Part shown: in pieces, positions 13,100 to 25,742 of the stretch
Layout: every line of letters begins with the position of its first letter
Position numbering within the stretch: position 1 is the first letter of the stretch
Source of the DNA: Anolis carolinensis
Taxonomy: Eukaryota
Direction of reading: 5' to 3'
Assembly (NCBI RefSeq): GCF_035594765.1
Contig: NC_085841.1
Span: 331,895,402 to 331,959,401 of the forward strand
DNA length: 64,000 bases
The notes under the pieces: model-generated
What the model was told of the DNA's origin: nothing
Seen by the model: only the letters and a program-made list of their open reading frames with translations
Database searches by the model: none
Program-made: the position numbers and the translations under genes

Positions 13100-13970
13100 T
13101 CCTTGTGCTTAAATAGAAGTATATGTCCTTCAAAGCCCATCCTTCTATGAATATAATCTTCAAAAGATACCCATCTTGGTTGATGTTGTATACATTACGC
13201 TGCTGACATTTTGTTCTCTTTGCTGATACTTTCTAGCACCATTGGTACCCCTGCACAATTATAGTACTATATGCACAAATTTATACAAAAGTTACACAAA
13301 GCTATGTAAAACGTTTAGAAAATCTGGAAAACTTTTAGAAAATCTGAATTCTAATTAACACATGGAACAATTTGAGAAATTATCACAAACCTCTAAGTCA
13401 AACCAAAAAAGTATGGAATTTTAAGCAGTGCCTAAAGACTAGCAGGGTTTTCTCTGTTAGGGACTATTTCAAATTAGTTTGGCAAGAACAAACAAAGTAT
13501 CTGCACCCACAACCTGAAACACTTCATCAATTGTATTTTGCCTGACATATTTATGAACAGGTCACCTAGGTCCTTTCTAAATGCAACTATTCATAGCCAC
13601 TGTTCATATAGTTTGATTAAGAAACACACAAATGTTGTTTAAAATGTCTTCATATAGTTTCTCTCATCCTAGCCAACATTTTGATGAAATGAACAAATGC
13701 TCTGAAGAAAATTTGTGATAATAACTTAAGATTCAGCATTCCTTATAGTGATGGACTCACTCAGAAATATAGCAGTCCCTACTGGAACTGAGAGCTGCCC
13801 CTCAAACTTACAAAGTAAAGCCGACCACTCCAGGCTATGGAAGGTTTTTTGACAATTGCAAAAAAGCATGGTAGCAACATGACAGCAGAATGAAGAGAGC
13901 AGTCACGTGACTTAAACACAATATTTATTCCTGGAAGTGCAATCGCTTTCTTCCTGTGATTCATTCATAT

Positions 13971-14010
13971 TCTCTCTCTCTCTCTCTCTCTCCTCCCTCC
14001 CTCCCTCCCT
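13971..14010. repeat. (CT)n/(CCCT)n microsatellite
   Basis: Seen directly. Confidence 0.9.
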
Positions 14011-14091
14011 ATATGCCTAACTGTTGTGACAAGTAAGAGTGGATCATTGTTTCGTTCTTCTACAAAGACAAGGTCAAACTTCAGTACTTAC

Positions 14092-14221
14092 AATATCAAG
14101 TATCTCTTTGGTATGAATTGCGGACAGACAGATTCTAGCTCTGGATTCAATGATTGGTGTGGCAGGAAAACCAACAACAACGACACCTATGTGCCGTTTC
14201 AACATCTCTCGTCCAAATGCA
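14092..14221 (-). CDS. SPTLC2: SPTLC2 exon 11 ([43 protein letters not shown])
   Basis: Acceptor ttttgtag, donor gtaagt; PATP loop and SRAR motif; 130 nt. Confidence 0.97.
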
Positions 14222-14751
14222 CTACAAAAGAAGCAAGAAAAGATTAATAAAGAAGCAGCACCAACTTAAGGTCTATACTAACTACTTGGTGCAAGGAAGC
14301 CTTTGGTGAAGAATGCCTGGGAGGCCACTGTTTAACTGCTTTGCCTCAGAAGGAGAATGACTGCATATAAAGGGTGCTTTTGTTCAGATCTGAGGTGGTC
14401 TTCCTAAAAAAGTTTCACTGTATTAAGTTCTCACAAAGCTGAAAGATTATATTTGGCAGGGACTGATCTTTTAGTGGGCTGCTTCTAAGTGGATTTGTAA
14501 CTTGAAAGTCTCTTTGATAGAACAGCAGTTTTAGCTTGGGAGCTCACTTATCAGGAATCACACACAAACCCACCCACCCACCCACATACACACAGTTATC
14601 TGAGTGGAAGACCTTATAGTTAATCGTATGTGCTTTGCAATTTCATGTAAATGTGAAAAGGCAAACAAAATGTGCTCTTGAGTTAGCATCAAGCTTCTTG
14701 AGCATTAGCTTCTGAATTCCATCATGAGATACTTCATCTCTTTACACCTTA

Positions 14752-14910
<159 letters not shown>

Positions 14911-15031
14911 TTATCATATTCTTTTAAAATCATTTGTGATATCAACATTAGCATTACTAGCTTGAGGAAATGGATGCTAGTTATAAAAAATGAGATCAAG
15001 TATGGCTGAAATGAATACTGAATGCATCCTA

Positions 15032-15666
15032 CCATGTTTCCCCAAAAATAAGACAGTGTCTTATATTAATTTTTGCTCCCAAAGATGCTCTAGGTCTTAT
15101 TTTCAGGGGATGTCTTATTTTTCCATGAAGAAGAATTCACATTTATTGTTGAACAAAAATATGAACATTTATTATATACTGTACAGTAGTTGTCATCACA
15201 AACCAGCATAACCAGACAAACTGTGAATCCTATCAAGAATTACTTGTTACTACCATTATTTCCATGTACAACACTCTATGGTGTTTACCGATCCTGCATG
15301 CTCTGGTGTTCTGTTCGGCAGGCATTTATTTATTTATTTATTTCCAATATTCTTATCCTGCCCTTCTCACCCGAAGGGACTCAGGGAGGCGTACAATTGG
15401 CAACAATTCGATGCCGACACATCATTAAAAACAAACAGCATATAAAATCTATTACAAACAGTTAAATACAGTATAAAATATAAAATATATGGTTAAAACC
15501 CGTTTATCCAATATACTTGTGCTTTATCCATACATCAGTCTGGGTATGCTTCCAAACAAAAACTTTGCTAGGTCTTACTTTCAGGGGAGGTCTTATATTT
15601 AGCAATTCAGCAAAACCTCTACTAGGTCTTATTTTCTAGGGATGCCTTATTTTAGGGGAAACAGGG
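15032..15666. mobile_element. Tc1/mariner/pogo-type MITE with nested L2-like 3' tail (about 15325-15545, minus strand)
   Basis: TIRs CCATGTTTCCCCAAAAATAAG / CTTATTTTAGGGGAAACAGGG with TA flanks; internal CTAGGTCTTA repeats; the nested insert starts with (TTTA)n and carries the CCTTCTCACCCGAAGGGACTCA motif shared with other L2 tails in this window. Confidence 0.8.
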
Positions 15667-15699
15667 TATATAAAGCATGATTAGACTCAGAAGAAGAAA

Positions 15700-16069
15700 A
15701 TGGAGGAAAGAATGTCAGCTAAGATATGCAAACAAGTAGTTGAAAAAAGCATAGACTTAGAACAATTACTGAAGAAAGTCAAAGAAAGTGCAATGACATG
15801 TTTATAGCTGAACATTAAGAAAACAAAAATAATCACCATATATGACTTATATAACTTTAAAGTAGATGATGAAGACATTGAAATAGTTCAAGACTTTTCT
15901 AAGTTCAGTCATGAGTATTATTGATTGCAATCAATAACTTAAAAAACACCTGGACTTATAAGGGCAGTTATGAATGAATTGAACAAGATCCTGACATGCA
16001 TAGATATATTACTGAAAATAAAATTAGGATTGCCCATGCCCTTGGAGAGATAGGGCAAAATAGAAATAA

Positions 16070-16127
<58 letters not shown>

Positions 16128-16545
16128 CTTCCCGTTTCTATGTATGGTGATGTAAGCTGGAGAATAAGAAAGCGGAAAAGAAGAAAATCAACTTATTTGA
16201 AATGTGGTGTTGGAAAAGGCTTGTACCAATAACATAGGAATGCTAAAAAGACAAATAGAGCAAATCAAGCTTAAACTCTCCCTGGAAGCCAAGATAACTA
16301 AATCTGGACTGTAATACTTTGGCTGTATCATGAGAAGACATAACTCATTAGAAAAGACAATAATGCCTGGTAAGGTAGCAGGTAGTGGGAAAAGAAGGTG
16401 ACTGTATGAGAAATGGATGGAATCAGTCATAAAAGTCATGGCAGTGGGCCTGTGAGTCCCAAGCAGGACTGCTGAATACTGGATGACTTGGCCTCTCATT
16501 GAAAGGGTCACCATAAGTCAAAGTCCACTTGCAGTTAACAACAGC
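15700..16545 (+). mobile_element. Degenerate RTE/BovB-like LINE 3' fragment
   Basis: Broken RTE-type ORF remnants (LNIKKTKI, YFGCIMRRHNSLEKTIMPGKV.G...RR...KWMESV). Confidence 0.7.
16072..16126. repeat. (ATT)n microsatellite
   Basis: About 18 tandem ATT units. Confidence 0.95.
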
Positions 16546-17903
16546 GCATGTATATTGTATTAATATACCATTTAACAGACAGTGCTCTGTAAAGAAACTG
16601 CAGTGGATACAAAGTGATTCTTTGTTAAGTGTCCCAAAGATGAAAAAATTATGCAAACAATCTAAAGGGATTTCACTTTGATCAAAAGGTAGGTAAAATA
16701 ATGATTGAAACTTCCTGAGGGTTTTATAGAGGAATTCATTTCAATTAAGACAACTTATACACATTATAAATTGAAGGAAGAATCCTGACTGGATTAATGG
16801 AAGGAAGAAAAGAGGAAAGAGCATTACGCAAAGGAATAATTTTTAATCCTAGACGTCTTGTACGGATTAAGAAGTATTAAAATCCCTTCCTGTCTATGTG
16901 TCTTGAAATTTGAAAAAAATGACACAGAAGGTTGCTGCCAATCTCTGACCTATCTATTTGTGTCATTTGATATTCTTTTCCTTGGTTTTCAAAAGGGATT
17001 GGCAGGAGGGGGTCTGTAAAACCAATCATCCAAACCCAAATCAAGTTTGATGCTGAAAACAGTAACTAAAGTATGTGACCAAACCTGATCCAAATTGTCC
17101 TCTAAGTTGTATAAATTATAAACAGAATTAGTTGCTATGGAAAAGGTTAGACCATCATGGAGAGATGATGTGAATCAAAATGAATGATGTATGCAAGTCC
17201 CCTGTACTGAAATTCATATTGGCTTTGATTAAGGGAAAACTGGAATAATATAGCACAGAAGACAAATACTGAGCCAAGTACTGCTCTGCAGTTTATTGTC
17301 ATTTGTAAATAAGAATGAAGCACTGAATCATAAACGTTGAATTGTTGCTCTGCATTCAGCATCTGACAAGAAATGGCTAGATCAAATCAATTAGGAAACA
17401 GAATAATAAAACTGCCAAGTATTGGTTTTAGATGTGGCAAAAAGCTCTAATATAGTGGTTCCCAAGAACTGATCCATTTTTTCCCTCTCTCGATTCCCCT
17501 GAAAACGGTCACTTCTGGTTTCTTTAAAATGCCCTTTGTTGCTTAAAACAGACCAGCTATGACAGGGGTGGAATTACAAGCAAGGGGCAATTCACACACA
17601 TCGGAGGCAAGTGCGTGCGTGTAATTTATTTTTTTGGGGGGGGGGGGGATTCTAAGAACACAGAGATCTGAAGGACCGAATGCTACCCATGGACCATGCA
17701 TTGTCCAACCTGAGCAAGATGGATATGCTTCCAATACACTGTGTTTTTTATGTTTCTAAGCTACTGCATTAGTCATAGTATGCTGTTAATGTATTGTTTT
17801 AATTCTTTTCATGAGAGTTTTTTTTAAAGAAAGCAAAAACACACTCCTATTTTGTTTCACTTGGTTAACTGCATATTTGCTGTCTTTTCAATTCCTGAAC
17901 GTG

Positions 17904-18958
17904 AATGTGGAGAACTTGATGTGGCAGAGGATGGAATCCCTCTTGATCCCACCGCTGCCAACAATTAATGTGGAGACTTAATGTGGCAGAGGATGGAATC
18001 CCCTTTGAATCCCTCAGCTTTGCCACCAATATGTACAGAGGTGAGGTGTCTGACAGGAATGTGTGCCAGAGATGGAACCCTTTCGATCCCACACACACAC
18101 ACACACACAGATGCCACCACTTAATAAAGATGTTTTATGAGAGATGATGTTAATTAATTTTTAGTTTGACTATCTTCTTCTTCGCTGCCACCAATGGAGA
18201 CGTCAGGCAGATGGTACTGGTTCTTATAAGCTTTCTCTATTTGTTCCACTTCAGGTGTTGATGTTACTTAACTTAATATGAGAGTATGACAGAGGCTTAT
18301 TTAGAATAAAATCAAAACAAGTTTATTGCAGGTACAGAGCTTGATGGTTTCATATAACTTGCTAAAGGCACTTCGCTTAATGGTTACAAATGGTTATAAG
18401 GTGGTTAAACTTTCAAAAATACTTCTTTCTCTGGATTACACTAAACCCTGATCCTACTGGATCCCCTGGGATTAATGTTCTCTAATCCACAGACTCTATA
18501 AAAGACCCTAGACAAATCACCTAACTTGCCTAGTCTGGTCCAACCTAAATCTGACTAAAATCTTTCTATTTAAGCCAGTCTGATTCTCCACACAAGAATC
18601 AGATCCACCACTGTGACTGGAAAGTCACAGACTCCTAAAATAAATCCTTTTATTTTAGGCCTGACTCAAATTCTTCTGAGTCACCTTGATTCTCTACCTG
18701 AGAATCAGTTCCTTCACTGTGGATGGAAATCACAGACTGCTGGGTTTTAAAACATTCCCCTTTTCCTTTCCAAGCGGCGGTTGGCTCCGCCCCTGTTGCT
18801 ATGGTAACCTGTTCTAGCATTCTAAGATGGCTACCTTCCCCCATACATATGGTCAACTGAAATACTCACCATTTTAAACTTAGCCAAACCTGGCTGTTCA
18901 AACAAAATCAAATATACATATCATCTATAAACAAAATATAATTATACACTTCTTCACA
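17904..18958 (-). mobile_element. LTR retrotransposon remnant: LTR (18195-18958), tRNA-Leu PBS (18183-18193) and repeated leader
   Basis: Minus-strand TG...CA-bounded block of about 760 bp with AATAAA near its 3' end, followed after 1 nt by TGGTGGCAGCG, complementary to a tRNA-Leu 3' end. No second LTR or pol sequence seen. Confidence 0.6.
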
Positions 18959-21214
18959 GTGAGTTTCTGAGCTGTCTTGACACAGAGGGACTGAGATCTG
19001 GACAGCACTGTAGCAATTTGACCACGCATCAGTCAGATTATCCTTGCAGCTATTCATGTTCTGTTTATAGGCAAATGTGCTATGATGTGAAATTACTAGT
19101 ATGCAGCATTATTCAGAGTACATTTGCCTGAAGAGAGTTTCATTCATGCTCACTGAGTATGTCAAAAGATAACTGATGACTGTATCTGAGACATTTTATA
19201 GTATGCCTCATGGCACAAAGGGGTAGATCCTAGCAGCAGCAATCAGTTTCCTGCACAAAAAGATTATCCATCAAAAAGTAAAAATGAACAAAAACAAAAT
19301 ATTATCCAAATAAGCATTTTGTTGGTAGAGATGGTATATGGAGTAGCTGGTTTGCCTTCCCTCCTTTTAAGCAACATTTTACTCCAAAAGTAATGAAAAC
19401 ATCCCATGTGGAGAACCAAGATTCAAGAAAAACAAATATAGTTGTTCTGAACTCGTCTGCTGTGAGATATAAAAAGTGCCATATACATCAAAGCCAAACA
19501 TATATCAAATCTTGTCATACAAAGAAGCAAAGGAGGGCGCCTGCAGCATCAGTGTTTGCTTTACATCTTAGCTAGCCCTTTGAAGGCAAAGTAATTTCAC
19601 TGGAGGGCACTGAAGTTTAAAACCTGTAAAGGATAATACGGTTTCCCCCCTTCTTCCATCACTTTGTACAACAAGGTTTCCAAATCAGACATCTATTTTT
19701 TAATGGTGGGACATCAACACTTTCAGTTTCAAGTGTTTGCGATGTAATTATTTGTGCTGCATTATTTTCAGCGATTACTTTTATCATTATCTGTGTAAAT
19801 CTATTAATGTTGCATGCATCCACTTTCCCTTGAATAACAACAATTCAATAGGTTTTTTTCAGGATTATCAGGATAATTTCTTTGAAGTTATAGCTTCAAA
19901 AACCAGAAAGAAAGAAAAAAACAAAACCTTGCATAGCAATGTATAGCAACAAACAAATGAACAAACCTTATAGCCTACAGTAGACTTTGTCAGATGAATT
20001 GGCCTAAAGAACATGAAAACTCCCACAGTAAGAAAAGTACTATTCTTTCATGTAGCGGAGTATCTTTTTCTGTTTCTAATGTAAAACACTGAATGCATGA
20101 ATGATTAACTGTAAAATTTAATATGTAGCTAGCTGCCTATTTTCAATACGCAGCAGTGATTCTGAGAAACCAAAGGGAAAGGTGGCTGTGGATATTTGAA
20201 AAGAGATGCATGCCGTCTGGACATGCTGAATGTGCAAACAGCAAAAAAGGAGCTTCTCTATATATATTCATTTCAAAATCCACAAGCCCTGGATGAGAGC
20301 ACTTAAAAAGCTCTCCTCTCTCCTTCTATGATGACAGATCTTGCAGTACACCACTAAGTGGTACTTAACTCAAAAGTACAAGCTTTCCTATTTGAGACCT
20401 CCCCAATGACAAGAGCCAGCATTTCCTAGGGCTGGTTCTGACAGATATCAATGGTGTGCATACATTTTACACCTGGAATAGTGCAAAAGTCTACCTCAAG
20501 TGTCAGCACTTTCTGTACCATGTATAGATTAATTTTAATATTGTGCATGCTCTATATGGTACCTGATTTTCATTTATGAACACTCTTGATTCTTGGAGAA
20601 AAGGAAGGATATAAATAAGACGAAGTAGGAGTTGTATAATACAACCTTTAATATGAAAGTGGGTCACATGAATAAAACATCAGAAAGGCCACAATTCCAT
20701 ACTAAACGAACTGCATAATAAACGATATATTATTCAAGCAATATACCATGAAGGCAAAGAATAAAATTATTCCAGTAGAGGCTACTCCCATAAAGGCCAG
20801 TTTACTTTGGAAGGTCTATGAGCAACAGTGTACCTAATTGTTCTTGCAATGCCAAAATACAAGGTGGATCTGAGCCCAGAACTATTTGGCAGTGAGTTAA
20901 GTTTTGCTAAGAACCAGCAATATCACATCTGGAAACAATACCAACTATAGTAGCCAAGTTAGAAAATGCTAAAGTTCAGAAATAGCAGAACTATAGTAGT
21001 GATTAGCATATGTTGTCAGTGATTAAGATGCCTCAATCCTGACAATAAATGAAAGATACTTTACGTGACAAAAGTACACCAACAAGTTGATGACTCCAGG
21101 ATATAGGTTGTATCTTCTTGAGATTAAGATATGTTTCCTGTAAGTGTGGGAATGTCTTAAACATCCTTAAACAATGAATGTAACAGACATTCCTTTCCTT
21201 GGATCACCCTATCT

Positions 21215-21820
21215 CAGGTGTGGGAAAATTAAGGCTTGGGGGCCGAATGTGGCCCCCTGGGCACTTACCTCAGGCCCTTCTCATTTTTCCTGTCCTCTTG
21301 GCATAAAGCCGCGGGAGCCTGCCACATCCTTATGCAGAAAGGATGAGGGAGAAAGGCAAGCAGCAGCCAAGAGCATTCTGGAGTTCTCTCAGTCACTGTG
21401 TGTCTCACCCTCCTCCTGGCATAATGACGGTGAGCAGCCCTGTCCTTATGCCAGGAGGATGATTTAAGAAAGGCACGCAACAGTTGAGAGTCCTCCAGAG
21501 CGCTATCGGATGTCACCTGTCTCCCTCTCCTCACAGCATAATGCCGAGATAACAGCCCGAAGATCGAGGGAGGAGTATTGGGGAGAATTGGGGCAGTCGC
21601 CACAAGTCTCATTTTCCTCCTGGCATAAGGATAGGGTGAGCAGCCCCGTCCTTAGGACAACCTGAGGATGACCCGCCCCCTACTGGCCCTGCTGTCTCCC
21701 AAGCCCTCCCTCTCCCAGGTCCATCCCACCCAGCATGTGTCTGACCACCCTCCTTCCTGGCCCGATCCTCCCAGCCGGGCCTACAATACGGCCTCAAGGC
21801 AAAAAAGTTTGCCCATGCTG
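21215..21820. mobile_element. Non-autonomous hAT element
   Basis: Termini CAGGTGTGGGAAAA / TTTGCCCATGCTG; degenerate 8-bp TSD CCCTATCT / CCTTATAT; GC-rich interior with internal repeats. Confidence 0.7.
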
Positions 21821-24310
21821 CCTTATATCTAGTTTCCAATTCTGAAAAAAATCTTTCGAAAGCACATCTCAAAACTGCCTGGAAAAAAGGGGACCCATGG
21901 TAGTGCCATAAGGAAATGAAAAAACCCAGGCTTACTGGTTTTGGAGATAATGGCTTAGGGGTTGTCTGCACTGGCCAATTATTTTGAAGTCTGTCTGGAG
22001 TAGAAATTCTCCCAACTGGTTCTGGAGATCTCAGGGATATCTATAAACTGTACCCAATGCGTAATGGCAATGGGTAGATGCCTACATGGTGCAGTTGGGG
22101 TGAAAGTGATTTAGGTCCGCCTTGACTGTCAACCTCCCTTCCTTGTCACCGGACAGTCTCAGAGCTCTGGGACAGCTCTTACGCACTCCATGTTGACATC
22201 AGGAGAGGTGTCTACATGATCAGGAGAAGAAGGTGATACCCATTCCTTCTCCCTGGTTATATGGGCACATCTACTGATGTCAGCACAGGGTGCACACAAT
22301 GGCCACAAGTTTTCCAGGAGCTCCGCAGCAGCAATGGTGCATGGGCCCAATGTATTCCCTTTTCCCCATGCTAACGAGTGCAGGCAAAAGGGGATGGTGG
22401 GAGCAATGGCCTATGTGGACCGCTGCTAAATGGTCATGCTGTCCATACACTGTCCAAAGTACGGGGTTACTCTGTAATTTCGTTGTGACTCTAGTGCATT
22501 CCCTGACTTTCTTTAGCATAGGGCTAAACAAGCCCAATCTGTCTTATCTTTCATTAAAGATTGTTAGTCCCTGAACATTGTGCTTACATAAAGGAGTGAC
22601 TTTAGTGCAAAGAAGCCCTTTACTGTGTTGCTTCAGTTGTGCAACACAGTTCTCTTTCCACTAATCTTAAATGCTATCCCTTACTTTGCAACCCTTTCTA
22701 CATACCTGATTATATTAGCTGGAAAAAAATTCAAATACTGATCTTTTTGGGGGGAAAACTTTTAAGGATATGGATTCATGCAATTTATACATATTATTCT
22801 TCCATCATCATGACAGAAATAAATTGGTGTTTCTGTCTGCTACCTTGATACCATCATCAGTTGTTCTCTTACTGACAAGAGGAGTGGATGGGCAGGGTCC
22901 TGGATCTGACCATAAGATCCAATTCTACCTACTTCAACCACACCAGCACATTCAGCATAGTGCGAATATTAAACAGGTTCTTGAAGGAAAGTGAAAAGAA
23001 TCTACTATCTGGCAACAAAGGCTACTTCAAGGTCTGTGCTGGAGTTGATATATTGAATTCCACTGTAACATACAGCACTGAAATTACTTTTTGTAGCTCC
23101 CCATCCCTCCCAGAATTTTTTTTATTTACTTTAAAAACAATGTTATGGTTTGGTGTCAAAACAACTGTTTTACTGTCAATTGGGAAAGGAACAATAGTTG
23201 ACAAGAAAATGTAGTTTTAAAATGCTTCTCTCTCTGTGTATAAGCAATTTATGTTATTCAAGGTGTATATAATTTTAAATGTCAATTTAAAATAATAAAT
23301 AATAAAATTGAAAGTAGCCTATTTTTATCCATTCTGTGTGTTCTTCCATTTCAGAAGTCCATCAAGCTCCACCCTTTCTTTTTAGACACTTCCCTTGGGT
23401 ATGTGGCCCTGGTGCATTTGCCCAATCTGTTTAACCATACACACATTAAATCACCTGTTCTCTCACTGATAAGGGAGGTTCAGGAGCTTAGATTCAAAGT
23501 TAGGGCCTGTCTTCCAGCAAATGTAGCTATGAACTGAAATGGAGAAGGAAGTCAATTCTGACTAATTTTCTTCCCTCTGCCATCAGACTTCCCAACAATG
23601 TGAACCTGAAACCTACCATATATTTTTTATTATGTGTGGTGTCTGCCAAATCCTGGGAGACTCATAAAATACTAATTTCCTGCAAATTCTCCTTCATGCT
23701 ACTACTAAACATACCATTTTAAAGACTATGTTGTCCTCAATTTTACAACCTGCTTGCATTTTTCCAGAGTGGATTTGGACTACAATTTAATCCAGAGATT
23801 GACAATGGAATGAGAACTAAACAAAAGTTGTGTGCACATATATAAATATGAATATTGCACCTAATAATGCACCATAATAATGCTTTATAAGTATAAAAAG
23901 AAGCATCTAAAAATTCACTGCAATTAGAAAAAGCTTCTTGCTTCTGCTGGAATTATTGCCAGACTGAAAGACTTAGCAATGTTCTGCCTGGATATTTTTT
24001 TCCCTAATTTGGACTGCAGAGGATGAAGGGAGAAAAGTGGCAGCATTTCTTAAACCTTGCAGCGTTAAGTTGCTGGCAGTTACATGATACCAGTATCTTT
24101 CTCTTCCAAGAGAAACCAGAAAAAAGTGAGTGTGCATGTCCACGCACATGTCCCTAAAACCCAAACTAGAATTGCTGCTACTAGGTTCAGCCAACAGTCC
24201 TTGCTGGATTTCCAGTGGTGGCAGCACACTTTCAGCACCACTGACTGGAGCTTCATGCTTATGGACCTGTACTTGGTGTCACCATTCCAATGATGATGAT
24301 GATGATGATG

Positions 24311-24574
24311 ATTATTATTTTATTATGACACAGCAAACAAGATAGATATGCTGGATTTCATATCACAAAATCACAAGTCGAACACTTCCCAAGTGTCTAG
24401 GACTGTGTGATGTATTTTCGGATGATGTGTGCAGATCCCAGTAGGGTGGCCTTTTGCAGTTGGCAGATCGTGATTTTGTCAATGTCTATTGTTTCCAAAT
24501 GCCGGCTGAGATCTTTTGGCACGGCACCCAATGTGCCGATCACCACCGGGACCACCTGCACTGGATTCTGCCAG
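24311..24574 (-). mobile_element. R4/Dong-clade (restriction-like endonuclease) LINE, 5'-truncated 3' end
   Basis: Minus frame reads PVQVVPVVIGTLGAVPKDLSRHLETIDIDKITICQLQKATLLGSAHIIRKYITQS*, a typical RLE C-terminus; both flanks are (ATT/GAT)n repeats. Confidence 0.75.
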
Positions 24575-25487
24575 TTATTATGATTATGATTATTATTATT
24601 ATATTATTATTATTACACCAGTGCTTGCCGGTCCTGAATCCATCAGCAATGACAAGCAATGGGAGGCCGGAAGCCCTAGTGTTGATGGAAGAATATCATG
24701 TGCAAGGCCTCAGTGAAGTCCTAAAGTAGAAATGAGAAAGCTAATTGAAAGGATACTTAAAGTAATGACATGTTCAAGCATGTAGTGGGAGGATGCTCTG
24801 GGACTTATGTCACAATGATTGCATGCCAATGTATTTATAATTAAAAGTAAGCTTCCAGACTTTGGGATATGAACCTTTGTATTCTTGACAGCCAATATTC
24901 TACAGATCAAAAACAGATATTCTGTTCCTTGCTTCAACAAGTTCATTTGCCAAAAATGGCATTTATAACTATTTCAAGCTCTAAGTTTGCTATTCAGAGT
25001 CAAATAAGGTCTTGTGCTTCCTCCTTTGAGAGACAAGGACTATAGCTCAGTAGTAAAACATGTGCTTTATATCCAGAAGATTCCAAATTCAGTACTTTGG
25101 CATCACCAGTTAAAAGGACGAGCTGGTCTTGTCTCAGAGCATGGATGTGGAATGTGCCATCCTCTACATGTTACTGGTCTACAATTTCCACTAGGCTCAG
25201 ACCATTTGACTTATGTTGAGAGATGACTGGAGTTTCAAGCCAACATGCTTATCTGAAAGTAAAAGTGGCAGGCAAATAGGAAAGGTAGGCTCAAGGTACT
25301 GCTGTTTTTATGAGTAATGCTCTTGATGTATTCCTAAGAGTAATCATGAAAAGGTGAAAGAGTGAAAGAATATTATGCACAAGCTTTGCATTTAGAGTCA
25401 ATTAGGTGAACAATAGCTTTGGCAAGTTCTGGAAACTGCTGGAAATACAGGCAGTTCCAGAGTTACAAATATCCGACTTACAAATGA

Positions 25488-25543
<56 letters not shown>

Positions 25544-25742
25544 TTATATTTATATCCTGCTTTATCTCCCCAAAGGGCTCAAACAGCTTGATGTAAAAAC
25601 ATTAGTATACGATATAAAATATACAAATATATAAACATTAAAACAGAATTAAACACAAACAACACTAAACATTCAGTTAAAATCAATCAAAACATATTTA
25701 AAGTTAAAAACCACAGTGCCCCCTGACTAGATCTTAATAAAC
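25488..25742 (-). mobile_element. L2-like 3' tail with (AAT)n end, apparently inserted in a Tigger-like fragment starting at about 25446
   Basis: (ATT)n at 25488-25540 followed by the ATCCTGCTTTATCTCCCC...GGGCTCAAACAGC tail motif. Confidence 0.55.

Noticed and set aside
14026-14247. 73-aa plus-strand ORF
   Set aside because: It is the antisense shadow of SPTLC2 exon 11.
17904-18193. tRNA gene cluster
   Set aside because: Only 3'-terminal matches of about 11-20 nt including CCA, with no cloverleaf; better explained as PBS copies.
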